Source of the DNA: an uncultured Armatimonadia bacterium
GTDB taxonomy: Bacteria; Armatimonadota; Zipacnadia; CAVVLO01
Direction: 5' to 3'
Length of the DNA stretch: 64,000 nt
Assembly (NCBI GenBank): GCA_963749155.1
Contig: CAVVLO010000003.1
Coordinates: 515,352-579,351, forward strand
A program made the position numbers and the translations under genes. This document shows, piece after piece, positions 62,464 to 64,000 of the stretch (positions are counted from its first letter, which is position 1; each line of letters starts with the position of its first letter). The notes below the pieces were generated by a model. It was not told the origin of the DNA, made no database searches, and saw only the letters and a list, made by a program, of their open reading frames with translations.

Positions 62464-63518
62464 TCAGGTGTTGGCTTTGAGCCAGTCAAGGAAAGCGTCC
62501 GCCTCGGCTTTGCTTGAAGCTCCGCAGCAATAAAAAACCAGGGCCGGATCCAGTTCCTTGTGCAGCGCCTTGATCGTATCAAGGGCCAGTCATATATCTG
62601 GACGCTCTTGCCGGCCTGCTGGCAACGCTTGAGCAAGTCCATCCACTCATAAGTGGGCGGGTTGCCCGCTCCAGGCACCCATTGCATACAGTCTATCTCC
62701 TTGATGGCAAGGATATCCTCCAGGTGGGGCAGTGCATCCGGACCGTCAAGGTGATAAACCACATGGTCATGATAGGTGGCCTCTTCTTCAAGGGCCGGTA
62801 TTACCCAGCGCCGAGAGTCGGCCGGTGAAAGCAGGCAGATGAAATCGCACTGGATGGTCGCGTATTTGCCTTCCGAATAGGCCGGCGCCCAGCCCCCAAA
62901 GCCTTGCTCGGCATTACGACCAGCTTCAAAAAGGGCATCGCACATTGGCGCATAGACTGCGCGCACTTCGCGCATTACCCGGTCAATCGTCTCGGGCTCG
63001 TCCATCCCATCGATACAAAGCTGTTCTGGGCCCCGGATAGCCGCTGGGCAGTCATAATTGCTGTGCATATCGAGCGTGCCCAGCAGCGCCTTGCCCAGGA
63101 AGCGCTCCGCCGCCATCCGGTGGAACTCGAGCATCCGCTTCCACCAGTAGTTGTCGTCCTGCAGCTCGAAGTGGAAGTCATCCCAGCTAGTCACAAAGGG
63201 CTTGACCCAGTTGGTGCTCATATCAGAGGTAAACTGGAGATTGCCGCCGAGGAAAGCGCTCATCTGATCGGGGCCAAAATCGAGCCCGGCGCAAGGGATA
63301 GCCTCTCCACCGTAGTAGGCTGTCTCGAAATGGGCTTCCCATTTATCCAGCGAAGCCGCAAGGTTGCCCATCGACTTGTCATAATAAGAGGGACCCCAGG
63401 CTACGGGCGCCTCACCAGCAGGCGCGGTGATAACGCAGACAGGCCTGTCGAGCAGCTCATGGTTCCAGAAGGCGCGCCAGTATTCTTTGGCTCTATCAAA
63501 ATCGGGCTTGTATAGCAT
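62464..63518 (-). CDS. URO-D-like / corrinoid methyltransferase-like TIM barrel (frameshift near the C-terminus)
   Basis: WRAFWNHELLDRP, DFGPD, AIRGPEQLCID, IQCDFICLLSP, YHLDGPDALPHL and QWVPGAG. Confidence 0.7.
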
Positions 63519-63646
63519 CTGTTTCTCCTGTTATCAAAGGTGATTCTGAGTGTTCGCCTCAAGAGGCGCTTCTCCTCTGAAAGCCTCAGTCCTGTCCGCC
63601 GGGAAATCTGAGAACGCTAGCCCTTGAAATTTCCTTTAGAAACTTG

Positions 63647-63675
63647 TTGCAGGGCTGCGGACATCGGGGTAGTAT
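63647..63675 (+). promoter_or_regulatory. sigma70-type promoter
   Basis: TTGCAG-N17-TAGTAT upstream of the radical-SAM gene. Confidence 0.45.
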
Positions 63676-63727
63676 ACGCCTGCCTGAGAGGCTAGCAAAC
63701 CTCTCCGAAGGGAGTCTGCCACAAACG

Positions 63728-64000
63728 ATGAGTGAAAAAGGTATTGTATTCAACATCCAGCGGTTCTCTATCCACGATGGACCTGGCATACGCACCACTG
63801 TATTCCTTAAAGGTTGCCCTCTGAGCTGTGAATGGTGCCATAATCCCGAGGGGCTCGAATACGCGCCTCAGATCCGCCTGGCCGTGAACCTGTGCCAGCT
63901 TTGCGGGCGCTGCGTCGAAGCCTGCGAACTTGGGGGCCACGAAATCACCGAGGCGGGCCATCAGCTCCATCTCGAGCCTTGTATCCGGTGCAGCTCTTGT
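63728..64000 (+). CDS. Glycyl-radical enzyme activating protein (radical SAM with ferredoxin-like insert), 3' partial; absent from the ORF track
   Basis: Hand translation gives MSEKGIVFNIQRFSIHDGPGIRTTVFLKGCPLSCEWCHNPEG...CQLCGRCVEAC...CIRCSSC, with the CxxxCxxC motif. GGGAG lies upstream. Confidence 0.92.
   Translation, partial: MSEKGIVFNIQRFSIHDGPGIRTTVFLKGCPLSCEWCHNPEGLEYAPQIRLAVNLCQLCGRCVEACELGGHEITEAGHQLHLEPCIRCSSC

Noticed and set aside
648-62600. Programmed frameshifting or mass pseudogenisation as the cause of split genes
   Set aside because: The indels hit unrelated, otherwise intact genes without slippery heptamers or accumulated stop codons. Long-read error is the simpler explanation, though it cannot be proven without the reads.
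63519-63727. Cobalamin riboswitch upstream of the URO-D-like gene run
   Set aside because: I could not recognise a B12-box or the conserved core by eye. An Infernal/Rfam scan would be needed.

Overview
This is a 64 kb GC-rich stretch of bacterial chromosome, probably from an anaerobic, glycan-degrading member of an Armatimonadota-like lineage. That assignment is an inference from several 'GCGGGG' lipoprotein signal peptides, iorAB, a glycyl-radical activating enzyme and URO-D-like paralogues. Scattered single-base indels break about 15 otherwise recognisable genes, which suggests an imperfectly polished long-read assembly. The gene content is dominated by carbohydrate use: GH3 with PA14, GH4, GH5-like, GH38, GH51, GH78, two tandem GH172/DUF2961, a GH65/95-like enzyme, two beta-helix enzymes, two sulfatases, FucU and Hyi-like sugar enzymes, several large unclassified secreted proteins and an ADP-ribosylglycohydrolase-fold protein. 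It also holds a P-type ATPase, a TIR-domain gene, a DUF4268-type nuclease-like gene and a possible clan-CD (gingipain-like) peptidase. I saw no rRNA, tRNA, CRISPR array, integrase or transposase. The most striking unexplained structure lies between about 19.8 and 33.3 kb. Seven intergenic spacers there are filled with mosaics built from three families of REP-like palindromes, and I found none in the other ~50 kb. A tandem amidohydrolase duplication in that block has its shared boundary exactly at palindrome edges. This hints at a REP-delimited, cassette-like gene-shuffling region.
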